From: Thermomicrobiales bacterium
GTDB lineage: Bacteria; Chloroflexota; Chloroflexia; Thermomicrobiales; UBA6265
Assembly (NCBI GenBank): GCA_035944555.1
Contig: DASZAY010000021.1
Span: 66,415-130,414, forward strand
DNA length: 64,000 nt
Direction of reading: 5' to 3'
A program made the translations under genes and the position numbers. This document shows positions 46,359 to 56,002 of this stretch, piece after piece. Below the pieces are notes generated by a model, which did not search any database, had not been told where the DNA came from, and was given only the letters and a program-made list of their open reading frames with translations. Within the stretch, counting starts at the first letter, position 1. The number at the start of each line of letters is the position of its first letter.

Positions 46359-47465
46359 CTACGTGGGGAAGAGCTCCCGAAGGCGCTGGTCGACCCCCTT
46401 CGCGTCGCCGACCGAAGACACCTGAATCGCGCCTGACTCGATGCCGGACCGCGCCGCCGCGACGGCCTCCGTCGTCTCGGACCGGATCGCCAGCTTCGTC
46501 TCGAGGAGGTTCACCCCACCGTTTGACAGGTCCATCGTATAGACCTGGCCGAACGTCCCGGCCTCGAGATCAGCGATCATCTGGGTATAGGCTGCCGTGT
46601 AGTCGAACAGGACCGAGGTCAGGAGCAAGTCGGCCGCTTCCTCGTTGCCCGACTTATCGCCGATGACGTCGATAAACCGGACCGGCGGTTGGCCCGGGCT
46701 TTGCTGGTTATGCTCGCGGATCGCCTGGATCATCCCGAAGGCCGCGCCGTCGCCCATTCCGAAGACGATGTCGGCGCCGGCCGCGAGGACCGTGTCGGTA
46801 ACCTGCCGGGCAGCAGCCGCGTCGTCATAGGTCCCTTCGCCGACCGAGGTATAGACCAGTCGAGCGTCCGGGCGAGCCGCCTTGAGCCCCTCTGCGAAAC
46901 CGACCGTCATGAAGTTCCACGTCGGTGGCTGCCCGGTCACGACGATCCCGACGGTCCCACTCGTCGTCTCATTGCCGGCCATCACGCCGGCGAGATAGGC
47001 AGCTTCCTGGGCCTGCGTTTCGATGTCCGCGACCAGTCCGGGCTGGATCGCCTCCGGGTTCTCGATCACCACGACGGGCACGCCCTCTGCGGCGGCGAAC
47101 TCCGGGCAGACGGTCTGGTAGCCAGACGCATGACAGACGATCAGGTCGACATCGTCACTTGCCAGGTCGAGCAGCACCGGCGTGATGTCGTCATACCCCA
47201 GGTTCTCTGCGACTTCGACGTCGACGTCGAGCTCCTCCCCGACCCGGATGAGGTTGTCGACACCCTGCTGGTCCCAGCCCTGATTGGTCCGGCTGGCCGG
47301 CGTGACGATCGCCACGGAACGGACCTCGACGCCCTCCTGGGCCGACGCCGGAGCGACAGCCAGTGGCGCCATCAGCAGGACGGCGATCGCAAGCGCCACC
47401 AACCGGCTTCGGACGAGACAGCCGTACCGAATACCGTCACGCCGGGAATGATGTCCTGCAAGCAT
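46359..47465 (-). CDS. BMP-family (PnrA/Med-like) ABC transporter substrate-binding protein
   Basis: Signal peptide LVALAIAVLLMAPLAVAPASA and a BMP-like core. A GAGGAGGA SD precedes ATG 47465. It lies downstream of the matching permeases. Confidence 0.7.
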   Translation of the reverse strand: MLAGHHSRRDGIRYGCLVRSRLVALAIAVLLMAPLAVAPASAQEGVEVRSVAIVTPASRTNQGWDQQGVDNLIRVGEELDVDVEVAENLGYDDITPVLLDLASDDVDLIVCHASGYQTVCPEFAAAEGVPVVVIENPEAIQPGLVADIETQAQEAAYLAGVMAGNETTSGTVGIVVTGQPPTWNFMTVGFAEGLKAARPDARLVYTSVGEGTYDDAAAARQVTDTVLAAGADIVFGMGDGAAFGMIQAIREHNQQSPGQPPVRFIDVIGDKSGNEEAADLLLTSVLFDYTAAYTQMIADLEAGTFGQVYTMDLSNGGVNLLETKLAIRSETTEAVAAARSGIESGAIQVSSVGDAKGVDQRLRELFPT

Positions 47466-47594
47466 GTGCGTGTCCTCCTCGTAGCGGGTGATCCGACTCA
47501 TATCCTTTACGGTCATCGTGCCGCCATTGCTTCCCGGAATCGACAGCCAATACCACAGCCAACCAACGGATTTGGATGGTCGCCAGCTGCTTCC

Positions 47595-48536
47595 CTAGTC
47601 GTCCTGCCGAGCGGTGGCGCGATCGTAGGGCCGGCCAAGCGCGGCCGGAAGTGCCACCCGGTGGCGGGCGAGCAGCAGCGCGACGACGACCCCCAGGTAG
47701 GGAAGCAGCCGCGGGAAGTCGGAACCGACCGGTGCGCCGGCCACCTGCAGGCCCGGCCCGAGTCCCTGCAGTACGCCGAACACGAGCGATGCGACCGCCA
47801 CCCGCAACGGGGTGTGCTGGCCGAGCATCGCGACGGCGATGGCGATGAACCCGGCTCCAGCCGTGACGCCCGGCCGGAAGAAGCCCAGTTCAACCACGAC
47901 CAGGACCGCACCGGCCAGGCCGCCAAGCACCCCGGCCATCGCGGTCGCTCCCAGCCGGACGCGCCAGACGCTGATCCCGGCAGCGTCGACCGCAAACGGT
48001 GCTTCCCCGGTCGCCCGGACGAGCAGCCCGGCCCGCGTGCGGGTCAGTACCGGGCCAAGCAGCAGGACGCCGATCATGGCGGCGTAGACCACCCAGTGCT
48101 GGTCAAACAGTGCCGGACCAACGACCGGGACGTGATCGGCCAACGACGCAAGCGGCCGACCGGAGCCGGTGTCCAGCAGGGGCTGCTGGTCGCCGTACCA
48201 CTCCCGGAACAGGAAACCGGACAGACCCGTACCGGCGAGCGTCAGGCCGATCCCGACCAGAACCTGATCTGCCCGGGCCAGGGTCACGAGCAGACCAAAG
48301 AGCGTGCCCACGACCAAACCGACGAGCGGCCCGGCCAGCAACCCGATCACGATGGAGTCGGTGTCGAGGGCCACCCGGAACGCCACCAGCCCGGCCAGCA
48401 GCATCGTCCCTTCGATCCCGAGGTTCAGCACCCCCGCCCGCTCGCCGATCGCTTCTCCGGTCGCGGCGAGCATCAGCGGGATGGACGCAAGGACGGCTGA
48501 TGCCAGCACGGTGGCGGCGATAGCGGAAAGATCCAT
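47595..48536 (-). CDS. ABC transporter permease (BMP/sugar-type, second)
   Basis: N-terminus MDLSAIAATVLASAVLASIPLMLAATGEAIGERAGVLNLGIEG. ATGA overlap with the upstream permease stop at 48536. The N-terminal 144 aa of the track ORF is rejected. Confidence 0.8.
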   Translation of the reverse strand: MDLSAIAATVLASAVLASIPLMLAATGEAIGERAGVLNLGIEGTMLLAGLVAFRVALDTDSIVIGLLAGPLVGLVVGTLFGLLVTLARADQVLVGIGLTLAGTGLSGFLFREWYGDQQPLLDTGSGRPLASLADHVPVVGPALFDQHWVVYAAMIGVLLLGPVLTRTRAGLLVRATGEAPFAVDAAGISVWRVRLGATAMAGVLGGLAGAVLVVVELGFFRPGVTAGAGFIAIAVAMLGQHTPLRVAVASLVFGVLQGLGPGLQVAGAPVGSDFPRLLPYLGVVVALLLARHRVALPAALGRPYDRATARQDD

Positions 48537-49615
48537 CACCGTACCTCCTTCCGCGTCCGGCGAGCTAGCAATCCGCGGATCAGCACCGGCGCCGCCAGTG
48601 AGGCGAGCAGCGTTCCCTCGATCACGCCAAAGAAGGCCGGGTCGATCCCGGCCGCTCGGGGCATCACGTCGGCTCCGTAGGCCAGCATGCCGAGCAGCAG
48701 CGCACCGGGGACCAACGCCCACGCCGACCGGCGAGCCAGGAATACCAGGGCGAAGGCCGTGAATCCGTAGCCCGGATCCCATTCGGCCTGGAACGTCCCC
48801 TTGGTGGACAGGATGTCGTTGGCGCCGGCCAGCCCGCCCACTGCCCCACTGACGACCAGCGCCCCGAACAGGTAGGCGCGCACCGGGATCAGGGCGACCG
48901 CCGCGGCGCGCGGGTTCTCCCCGACGACGCGAAGTTCCAGCCCGGCGACGGTCCGGCGGAGTGCCCATCCGACGAGCACCACGAGGACGAGTGCCACGAT
49001 GATTCCGGCATGGGTCCGGGTGTCGCCGAGCGAAACCAGGCGCAGCTCTCGCGGGATCAGCTCGGTCTGGGGGGAAACGACGGACCGGTCCCGGAGCGGG
49101 CCCTTGACCAGCCAGGCGGTGAGAAACAGCGCCACGTAGTTGAACATGATCGTCGTGACGATCTCATTCACGCCAAAGCGGGCACGGAGCAGGGCCGCCG
49201 GGAGCGCCCAGGCAGCACCAGCGACCAGCCCTGCTACGGTTGCAGTCAGCCAGACAACCGGTCGGCCCGCGTCAGTCACCAGGGCGGCGGCGACCGCCGC
49301 CGCGAGCGCCGCGACGAGCACCTGCCCATCGATACCGATGTTCCAGATGCCCGCCCGCACGGCAATCAGCACCGCGACGCCCGTGATCATGAGCGGTGTG
49401 GCGCGGACGACCGTCTCCTCCAACCCGGCGGGTCGCAGCACCGCACGCTCGATCAGCGCCCGGTAGACCTCGACCGGGTCGTGCCCGGTGATCAGCAGGA
49501 CGACCGACCCCGCGACGATGGACAGGACGACCGCCACCAGCGTCTCCAGGACGGGCCGCGATCGCATGGCAGCGGGTGAGGTTTCCCGGATTGACTCAAC
49601 GGAAGCGGCTACCAT
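48536..49615 (-). CDS. ABC transporter permease (BMP/sugar-type, first)
   Basis: About 9 hydrophobic segments, including GIWNIGIDGQ. It overlaps the ATPase gene stop. Confidence 0.8.
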   Translation of the reverse strand: MVAASVESIRETSPAAMRSRPVLETLVAVVLSIVAGSVVLLITGHDPVEVYRALIERAVLRPAGLEETVVRATPLMITGVAVLIAVRAGIWNIGIDGQVLVAALAAAVAAALVTDAGRPVVWLTATVAGLVAGAAWALPAALLRARFGVNEIVTTIMFNYVALFLTAWLVKGPLRDRSVVSPQTELIPRELRLVSLGDTRTHAGIIVALVLVVLVGWALRRTVAGLELRVVGENPRAAAVALIPVRAYLFGALVVSGAVGGLAGANDILSTKGTFQAEWDPGYGFTAFALVFLARRSAWALVPGALLLGMLAYGADVMPRAAGIDPAFFGVIEGTLLASLAAPVLIRGLLARRTRKEVR

Positions 49616-51183
49616 CCCACGGCCATCCAGCGCGACAGCTCGGCCCGATCGGCCGCAGCGGTTGGCCCGAGAGGTGACAGACGGCCGGCGTTCATCACGG
49701 CGACGCGATCTGACAGGCGCAGGGCTTCATCGAGGTCAGCGGTCAGCAGGATTACCGCACCGCCACGGTTGGCAACGGAACGCAGCGCCTCGGCGACCCG
49801 GACCTGGGATCGAACGTCCAGACCATGAGTGGGGTTGTCAGCAACCAGCAGAACCGGCTCACGGACGAGCTCACGCGCCAGCAACACCTTCTGCATGTTC
49901 CCGCCCGACAGCGTCCCGGCGGGCCGACCGGGGTCGGGGGGCCGAATCCCCCAGGCGGCGATCTCGCGCCGGGCGGCCTCGCGGATCGCCCGCGCGCGCA
50001 GGATCCCGAACCGCTGCGCCCCCTCCTCCCGCTGTCGCTTGAGCAGCAGGTTGGCCGTGATCGACATCCGGGCGACGATGCCTTCACCACGGCGGTCCCC
50101 GGTGAGGTAACCCACCCCGGCACCCGCGAATTCACGCGCGCCCTTCCCCGAGAGTGCCGTCCCGTTGACAGAGACCGCTCCCCGGCACGGCCGATACCCG
50201 GCCAGGACCTTGCCCAGCTCCCGCTGTCCCTGTCCCTGGATCCCGGCGATGGCCACGATCTCTCCGGCCCTGACCGTCAGCGAGACGCCGACCGGCCGAT
50301 GCCGGGCGGCCGGCCCGGTATCAACGACCCTGCCCACCGACAGAACGACTGAACCGTTCCCAGCCGGCGCTCCAGGTCGGCGCTTCGTGACCGCTGCGTT
50401 TCCCGTCATGGCGCCGGGATCCGCACCGAACATGGCGCCCAGCAACCGGTCCTCGGTGCCCGCTGGCCAGTTGCCGGCGGTCGGTCGGAGCTCATCGACG
50501 ACCGCTCCCCGGCGCATGACGACGATCCGGTCACAGATCGCCAGCGCCTCCCCGAGCTTGTGGGTCACGAAGACGGTCGCCCTGCCGGCGGACCGGCGCT
50601 GCCGGATGACGTCGAAGAGCATCTCGACCTGGGATGCTTCCAGGGTTGACGTTGGCTCGTCGAGCAGGAGTACCCGCGGAGTACGCCCGACGGCCCGGGC
50701 AATCTCCAGCAACTGTCGCTCGCCGACTGACAACTCCCTAACCGTCCGAGAGCGGTCCATCTCTCGGAGCAGCGTTCTGATAGTGTCGTCGTCCTCTACA
50801 TTGGCCAGATGGAGCTGCTCATCGACGGACAGTGTCGGGACAAGCGCGCCATGCTGATAGGCCGTCGCAATACCCTCGCGAAGGGCATCCGCAGGACTAT
50901 TGGGACTGAAGGATCTGCCGCCGACTTCGATCAGACCCCGGCTTGGGGCCGTCAGACCAGACAGGATTGCGATCAGCGTTGACTTGCCCGCTCCGTTTTC
51001 ACCGAGCAGTCCAACAACTTCACCCGGAGCCACGCCGAGACGGATGTTGTCGTTAGCGACTACTCCAGAATAGATCTTCGTCACGCCGCTAATTCGGATC
51101 AGGTCGGGCGACAGCTCCCCGTCTCTCCGTTCCTGACGTTCAGCATCACCCGCATGTTGTGGCATGCCGCCAATCAACGCCAT
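49609..51183 (-). CDS. ABC transporter ATP-binding protein with duplicated ABC cassette
   Basis: Walker A GENGAGKST and signature motifs LSVGERQ and LSGGNMQK, indicating two NBDs. The start is uncertain (ATG 51183 or 51165). Confidence 0.85.
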   Translation of the reverse strand: MALIGGMPQHAGDAERQERRDGELSPDLIRISGVTKIYSGVVANDNIRLGVAPGEVVGLLGENGAGKSTLIAILSGLTAPSRGLIEVGGRSFSPNSPADALREGIATAYQHGALVPTLSVDEQLHLANVEDDDTIRTLLREMDRSRTVRELSVGERQLLEIARAVGRTPRVLLLDEPTSTLEASQVEMLFDVIRQRRSAGRATVFVTHKLGEALAICDRIVVMRRGAVVDELRPTAGNWPAGTEDRLLGAMFGADPGAMTGNAAVTKRRPGAPAGNGSVVLSVGRVVDTGPAARHRPVGVSLTVRAGEIVAIAGIQGQGQRELGKVLAGYRPCRGAVSVNGTALSGKGAREFAGAGVGYLTGDRRGEGIVARMSITANLLLKRQREEGAQRFGILRARAIREAARREIAAWGIRPPDPGRPAGTLSGGNMQKVLLARELVREPVLLVADNPTHGLDVRSQVRVAEALRSVANRGGAVILLTADLDEALRLSDRVAVMNAGRLSPLGPTAAADRAELSRWMAVGW

Positions 51184-51184
51184 G

Positions 51185-52750
51185 TCAGTTTGGTATGACC
51201 AGGCCGGCCCGGTACTGTGGAGCGAAGCGGGCCTTCGTGGCCTGCTCAAAGCCATAGGCCAGGCGGATCAATGTCGCTTCGGACCATGCCCGGCCGGTGA
51301 ACGACAGACCGATCGGCATTCCGAAGGCGCTGCCGGACGGCACGGTGATAACCGGGTACCCCGCGACCGCTGACGGAGTCGATGCTGCTCCCCGGTGCTG
51401 CTCACCGTTGATCAGGTCGATCTTGACCGCGGGCCCCATGGTCGGCATGACCAGAGCGTCGAGACGATGCTCGTCCATGACGGCGTCAATCCCCTCGGCC
51501 CGTGCCAGGAAGTACGCCCGTTCCCGCGCCGCAACGTACTCCGGATCGGTCATGCCACTCGTCGCAGCCGCCATCGCTATGAGCTCCTGGCCGAAGAACG
51601 GCATCTCGCGGTCAGCGTTTGCCGTGTTCCAGGCCACGAGATCCTCAATGGTCTGGACAGGTGCGGCGTCGCCCAGTCCGGCCAGCCAGGCATTCAGCCC
51701 ATCGCGGAACTCGTGGAGCAGGATCGTCAGGGTGTCCTGGTTGCGGCCCGGCCATCCGCCGGCGAGCTCGGCGGCGTTCGGGATGTTGGCCGGATCGACG
51801 ATCTCTGCTCCGGCGGCGCGCATCACCTCGATGGCCGCTTCAGTTGCCCGGTCGGCAACCGGGCTGTATCCCATGTAGAGCTGTCGGACCACGCCGATCC
51901 GTGCGCCGACCAGCCCGTCCGGATCGAGCGCCGCCAGGTAATCCACGACGTGACCATCCGCGCCGGAAGTCGCCTCATCATCAGGATCGGTTCCGGCGAT
52001 CACCGCCAGCACGGCGGCCGCGTCAGCAACCGTTCGTGCCATCGGGCCGACGCTGTCCTGGGTCATAGAGATCGGGATGACGCCGGCCCGGGATGTCAGC
52101 CCGACCGTTGGCTTGATCCCGACCAGCCCGTTGACCGCGGCCGGGCAGATGATAGACCCGTTGGTCTCGGTGCCGAGGGCGACGGCGGCGAGTGACGCAG
52201 CGATCGCCACACCTGAACCTGACGAAGAGCCGGACGGCGACCGATCCAGCGCGTAGGGATTGACCGTCTGACCTCCCCGGCCGCTCCAGCCGGAAGATGA
52301 GGTCGTCGAGCGGAAGTTGGCCCACTCGCTCAGGTTGGTCTTGCCGAGGACGATCGCGCCGGCGGCTTCCAGCCGATCGACGACCCCTGCCGCCTTGGCC
52401 GGACGAGCCCCCACAAGAGCCAGCGAACCGGCGGTCGTCTCCATCCCGTCGATGGTCGCGATGTTGTCCTTGACCAGAACGGGGATCCCATGCAAGGCAC
52501 CGCGAATCTCGCCCGCGCCTCGCTCCCGGTCCCGTTCGGCTGCGGTCTCGAGCGAGATATCGGACAGTTCGACCACCGAGCGCAGCGTCGGTCCGGCGTG
52601 GTCAAGTGCGGCGATCCGCTCGCGATACCCTTTCACGAGCTCTACCGACGTGACCTCTCCCGCGGCCAGGCGCCGGCCAAGCTCTGCGATGGTCGTCTCG
52701 ATCAACTCTGGTCGGACATCCATTCCACCGTGCCCTGTCGAACCCGTCAT
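51185..52750 (-). CDS. Amidase-signature family amidase
   Basis: AS motif PSGSSSGSGVAIAASLAAVALGTETNGSIICPAAVNGLVGIKPT and upstream KDN. ATG 52750 behind a GGAG SD is preferred. Confidence 0.8.
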   Translation of the reverse strand: MTGSTGHGGMDVRPELIETTIAELGRRLAAGEVTSVELVKGYRERIAALDHAGPTLRSVVELSDISLETAAERDRERGAGEIRGALHGIPVLVKDNIATIDGMETTAGSLALVGARPAKAAGVVDRLEAAGAIVLGKTNLSEWANFRSTTSSSGWSGRGGQTVNPYALDRSPSGSSSGSGVAIAASLAAVALGTETNGSIICPAAVNGLVGIKPTVGLTSRAGVIPISMTQDSVGPMARTVADAAAVLAVIAGTDPDDEATSGADGHVVDYLAALDPDGLVGARIGVVRQLYMGYSPVADRATEAAIEVMRAAGAEIVDPANIPNAAELAGGWPGRNQDTLTILLHEFRDGLNAWLAGLGDAAPVQTIEDLVAWNTANADREMPFFGQELIAMAAATSGMTDPEYVAARERAYFLARAEGIDAVMDEHRLDALVMPTMGPAVKIDLINGEQHRGAASTPSAVAGYPVITVPSGSAFGMPIGLSFTGRAWSEATLIRLAYGFEQATKARFAPQYRAGLVIPN

Positions 52751-53052
52751 CGTCACTCCAGTAATCGGCAGTCCAGTTGTCCTCCGGATGGCACTGTCCG
52801 GAAGCAGATCCAATCATCGCCCAGCCAGACGCAGGGCGTCACGGTCCCGACGGTCCATCCGCGACTCCCGGCACCCCCTCCGCGGTTACCGGGACACCGA
52901 TTGCCGATCGCGCATCAATCCATTCAGTGCTCTTTCAGCGTTTACAAGGTAGCGCGACCGTAGCGAGACTTGCCCCCGATCCGTCGGGCAAGTGGGCCCG
53001 GACGGCGATGGTCTCCCGGCAGCCGTGCTGCGCGGTGTCGACAAGGGTCGTA

Positions 53053-53080
53053 TCGACTTCTTGTCCGCGTGTGCTAAAGT
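53053..53080 (+). promoter_or_regulatory. Candidate promoter of the bactofilin genes
   Basis: TCGACT, a 16-nt spacer, then TGcTAAAGT (extended -10). A perfect 12-bp palindrome GTGTACGTACAC (53079-53090) overlaps the -10/TSS. Confidence 0.3.
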
Positions 53081-53213
53081 GTACGTACACCCTAGCCCCG
53101 TCGGCCCTCCCGGAATAGCTCGGCAGTGGGCAGAGGCGACACGGGGTCGCCATCGTAACCATCCTCCGGTCCGGTCCCGATGCCGGTCGGCAGGTCCAGA
53201 GAGGGGTCGGACC

Positions 53214-53885
53214 GTGGTCTTTCGCCGAGAGAACCGGGATAGCCGGGACAACCGGAACGCGGAGTCGTTCAATCGCCAGATCGAAACCCTGCGTCAGTCA
53301 CCGCCGGCCGACGACACGCAGCGGGAACCCGAGGAGTTCGAAGAGGTGTCCTACTCGCTGGAACCAGCGAACGAGAGCGCCGCGGCGCCCAACCGTCAGC
53401 AGCTGCCCGGGTCGTACTCCGCCTATGGTCGCGACAACGCGCCGTCCTACCCCACCACTCCGGATGCCGCCACGATGAGCTACACCGCCAATCAGCCAAC
53501 CAGCGTTATCGCGGCCGATACCATCTGGCGCGGCGACCTCGAGTCCAACGGCGACGTCCACATCCATGGACAGGTCCAGGGCACGATCACGGCCCGGACG
53601 GACATCTTCATCTCAGAGGATGCCGAGGCCGACGCCACCCTGATCGCCAACAGCATCGTCGTGGCGGGCAATGTCAAGGGCGTGCTCCGGGCGACCACCC
53701 GGCTGGAGGTCCTGCCTCAGGGGCGGATCACTGGCGACGTCATCGCGCCAACGGTGATTGCCCACGACGGCAGCCGGGTCAATGCCAGCGTCCGCATGAC
53801 CCTGACGGCCGAGGAGCAGGCGGGCACGCCCCCGCGAGTCAGCACCACCGGGCGACGCTCCAGCCGGACGGGCGCCCGCTTCTAG
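53214..53885 (+). CDS. Bactofilin family protein (long N-terminal tail)
   Basis: The bactofilin beta-helix repeats are readable (GDLESNGDVHIHGQVQGTITARTDIFISEDAEADATLIANSIVVAGNVKG...). GTG 53214 sits behind a GAGAGGGG SD. ATG 53475 is an alternative start. Confidence 0.75.
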   Translation: MVFRRENRDSRDNRNAESFNRQIETLRQSPPADDTQREPEEFEEVSYSLEPANESAAAPNRQQLPGSYSAYGRDNAPSYPTTPDAATMSYTANQPTSVIAADTIWRGDLESNGDVHIHGQVQGTITARTDIFISEDAEADATLIANSIVVAGNVKGVLRATTRLEVLPQGRITGDVIAPTVIAHDGSRVNASVRMTLTAEEQAGTPPRVSTTGRRSSRTGARF

Positions 53886-53969
53886 GGCGTCGAGACGTTC
53901 GTTCCACTCCCCTGCCTCACCTGAACTGACCCCGGAGGCACCGCCATCCGGGACGACCAGGAGTCAGCC

Positions 53970-54683
53970 ATGTCCACCCGTTCCGCTCAGCCGACCAGTT
54001 ACGAGACCAACCGCGGACAGGCCTTTGACGCATCCGAGGCCCTGAGTCTGATCGACCGTCACTCCACCTTCGACGGCACCTACCGCTCCAGTCGTGACCT
54101 CCGCATTGAGGGCCAGGTCAAGGGCACCATCGAGTGCCGGGGCACGGTGCACGTCGCTCAGGGCGCGCAGGTCGATGCCCTCGTGGAGGCGGAGAACATC
54201 GTCGTCGCTGGCGAACTGAGCGGCGAGATCACCTGCCGCGGCCGTCTCCAGCTCATGCCGACCGGCCGGTTGCGGGGCAAGGTCTCCACCCAGACCCTAG
54301 TCATCAACGAGGGTGCGATCTATGAAGGTCAGCTCGAGATGATGAGCCAGGACAACGGCTCTCGCCTCGCCTCAGTGACCAGCACCCCGCGCCCGATCGC
54401 GCCGGTCAGCGGTGGATCGATTTCGCCGGCCTCCCAATCCCAGCCCGCCGCACCGGCCGGGCCGGCGCCGATGATCGCCGAGGAGGACCAGGAGCCAGCC
54501 GCTCCGCAGCCGCTGCCGCCGCCCGCCGAACTGCGCACCCGGACCGAGCAGACCGCCGGTGGCACTACCGTGAGCCAGCCGTCGGGCGCGAACTCCAGCA
54601 CGTTCATCCGCCGATTCGGTGGTCCCGAAACCCCGTTCGAGGGCCGACGATCCGAGGACGGCGACGAGACCGACGAGCGGTAG
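53970..54683 (+). CDS. Bactofilin family protein (Pro-rich C-terminal tail)
   Basis: Core sequence LRIEGQVKGTIECRGTVHVAQGAQVDALVEAENIVVAGELSGEITCRGRLQL. An AGGAG SD lies upstream. Confidence 0.8.
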   Translation: MSTRSAQPTSYETNRGQAFDASEALSLIDRHSTFDGTYRSSRDLRIEGQVKGTIECRGTVHVAQGAQVDALVEAENIVVAGELSGEITCRGRLQLMPTGRLRGKVSTQTLVINEGAIYEGQLEMMSQDNGSRLASVTSTPRPIAPVSGGSISPASQSQPAAPAGPAPMIAEEDQEPAAPQPLPPPAELRTRTEQTAGGTTVSQPSGANSSTFIRRFGGPETPFEGRRSEDGDETDER

Positions 54684-54733
54684 GTCCCTCATTCCGATCG
54701 ATGGCACCGGGCGGTGAGTCTGGTCCGGTGGGT

Positions 54734-54742
54734 TGCTATACT
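54734..54742 (+). promoter_or_regulatory. Candidate extended -10 (TGcTATACT) upstream of the SH3b gene
   Basis: The sequence gggtTGcTATACTct shares TGCTATACTCT (identical 11 nt) with the rpsB upstream element. Confidence 0.35.
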
Positions 54743-54909
54743 CTTTGGACCGCTCGTTGCCGGGACCAGATTTCCATGTCTGTCGACGGGCGCTGCGGTC
54801 GCGGTCATGGCGTGCTGAGCTCGATCCGAGAGACGTGCCCGCCGGCCACAACGACGTACTCACCCGCCGTACGCGGACCTGGACATGACCCGCAGCCCAG
54901 GAGGCCAGC

Positions 54910-55782
54910 TTGGACCGGCGTTCCCCGATCACTCCCCGTCTCTCAGTCGTTTCGGCCCGGCGTGATGGCCGACGCTTCGGCTCGATCGTCGATGTCAGTG
55001 CCCTGGCTGCCCATGTTGCCGACCGACTGGCGGGACCGCAGCTGGCACTCAGCACCGGCGGCTTCCGCTCGGAGCGACCAGCCGGCCGGCCCGAGCCGGG
55101 GCCGAGGACGGGAACCCGTCCGGCCGGGTACGCCACGGGAGGCGGCGGCGGCGGTCCTCGTCCGCCTCGTGGCGGACCGCCCGCGCCGAAGCCAGAGCGC
55201 TACTGGACGGACTATCTCCGGATCGCCCTGCCGGTTATCGGTCTGATCCTGATGCTGAGTGTGTTCATCTTCTGGGTAGACAGCATCATCGGGAACGACA
55301 GCGATACTCCTGAGACGCCGGTTGCGCTGACCACGGCGACAGTGGACCCCAACGCTGCCGCACCGACGGAAACCCTGGCGGCCAGCGAGCCGACCGAAGC
55401 CCCGACGCAGCCGTCGGCTGCCCCCACCGAGGAGGGTGAGGCCCCGAGCGAGGCACCCGCGGACGAACCCACTGAGGAGCCCACTGAGGAGCCGGCTGGC
55501 GATGCAACCGAGGAGCCGGCGGACGAGGCAACTGAGGAGCCAGGGACAGAAGCAGCATTTGCTGAAGGCGACGAGGTTACGACCAACGCATCGGTGAACA
55601 TGCGGAGTGAAGCGTCCAGCACCGGTGGTGATGAGACCATCATCGAAACGCTCGACGCGGCGACGCCTCTGACTATTACCGGCGCACCCGAGAACGACGG
55701 CGAGTTCGATTGGTATCCCGTCGACACCGGTACCGAGACCGGCTGGGTTCGGGAAGATTTCCTGGAAGCCGCCGCTGGATGA
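54910..55782 (+). CDS. Bitopic membrane protein with Gly/Pro/Arg-rich cytoplasmic tail, acidic linker and C-terminal SH3b domain
   Basis: TTG 54910 lies 5 nt after an AGGAGG SD. TM segment YLRIALPVIGLILMLSVFIFWV. The C-terminus NASVNMRSEASSTGGDETIIETLDAATPLTITG...DWYPVDTGTETGWVREDFL matches bacterial SH3_3. Confidence 0.7.
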   Translation: MDRRSPITPRLSVVSARRDGRRFGSIVDVSALAAHVADRLAGPQLALSTGGFRSERPAGRPEPGPRTGTRPAGYATGGGGGGPRPPRGGPPAPKPERYWTDYLRIALPVIGLILMLSVFIFWVDSIIGNDSDTPETPVALTTATVDPNAAAPTETLAASEPTEAPTQPSAAPTEEGEAPSEAPADEPTEEPTEEPAGDATEEPADEATEEPGTEAAFAEGDEVTTNASVNMRSEASSTGGDETIIETLDAATPLTITGAPENDGEFDWYPVDTGTETGWVREDFLEAAAG

Positions 55783-55801
55783 CAACGGTCGGTTAGTTAT
55801 T

Positions 55802-55840
55802 GGACGGGCAGCCGGAATACCGGCTGCCCGTCCACTTTTT
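55802..55840 (+). terminator. Intrinsic terminator after the SH3b gene
   Basis: Perfect 14-bp stem GGACGGGCAGCCGG/CCGGCTGCCCGTCC with loop AATA, then ACTTTTT. Confidence 0.85.
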
Positions 55841-55860
55841 CAGGGGAAGTTGAGGCACCA

Positions 55861-55869
55861 TGCTATACT
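55861..55869 (+). promoter_or_regulatory. Candidate extended -10 (TGcTATACT) of rpsB
   Basis: The sequence caTGcTATACTct lies about 135 nt upstream of the rpsB ATG, just after the preceding terminator. Confidence 0.4.
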
Positions 55870-56002
55870 CTCCGGCGGCCCGGCGAGTCCGGTCCGCTGA
55901 TTTCGCACGCGCCGCGACGAGCGACGGGGTGCCGGGGAACGCCCCCGGTCCGATCGCCCGGATGACCGGCGCGGAGGCATAACCCCACAGGGAGAACACG
56001 CA

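Noticed and set aside
54701-55246. A 181-aa ORF (and its internal ATG 54776) in the leader of the SH3b gene.
   Set aside because: The translation is Arg/Pro/Ser-rich and looks off-frame. It overlaps the SD-supported TTG 54910 frame, which contains the TM segment and SH3b domain.
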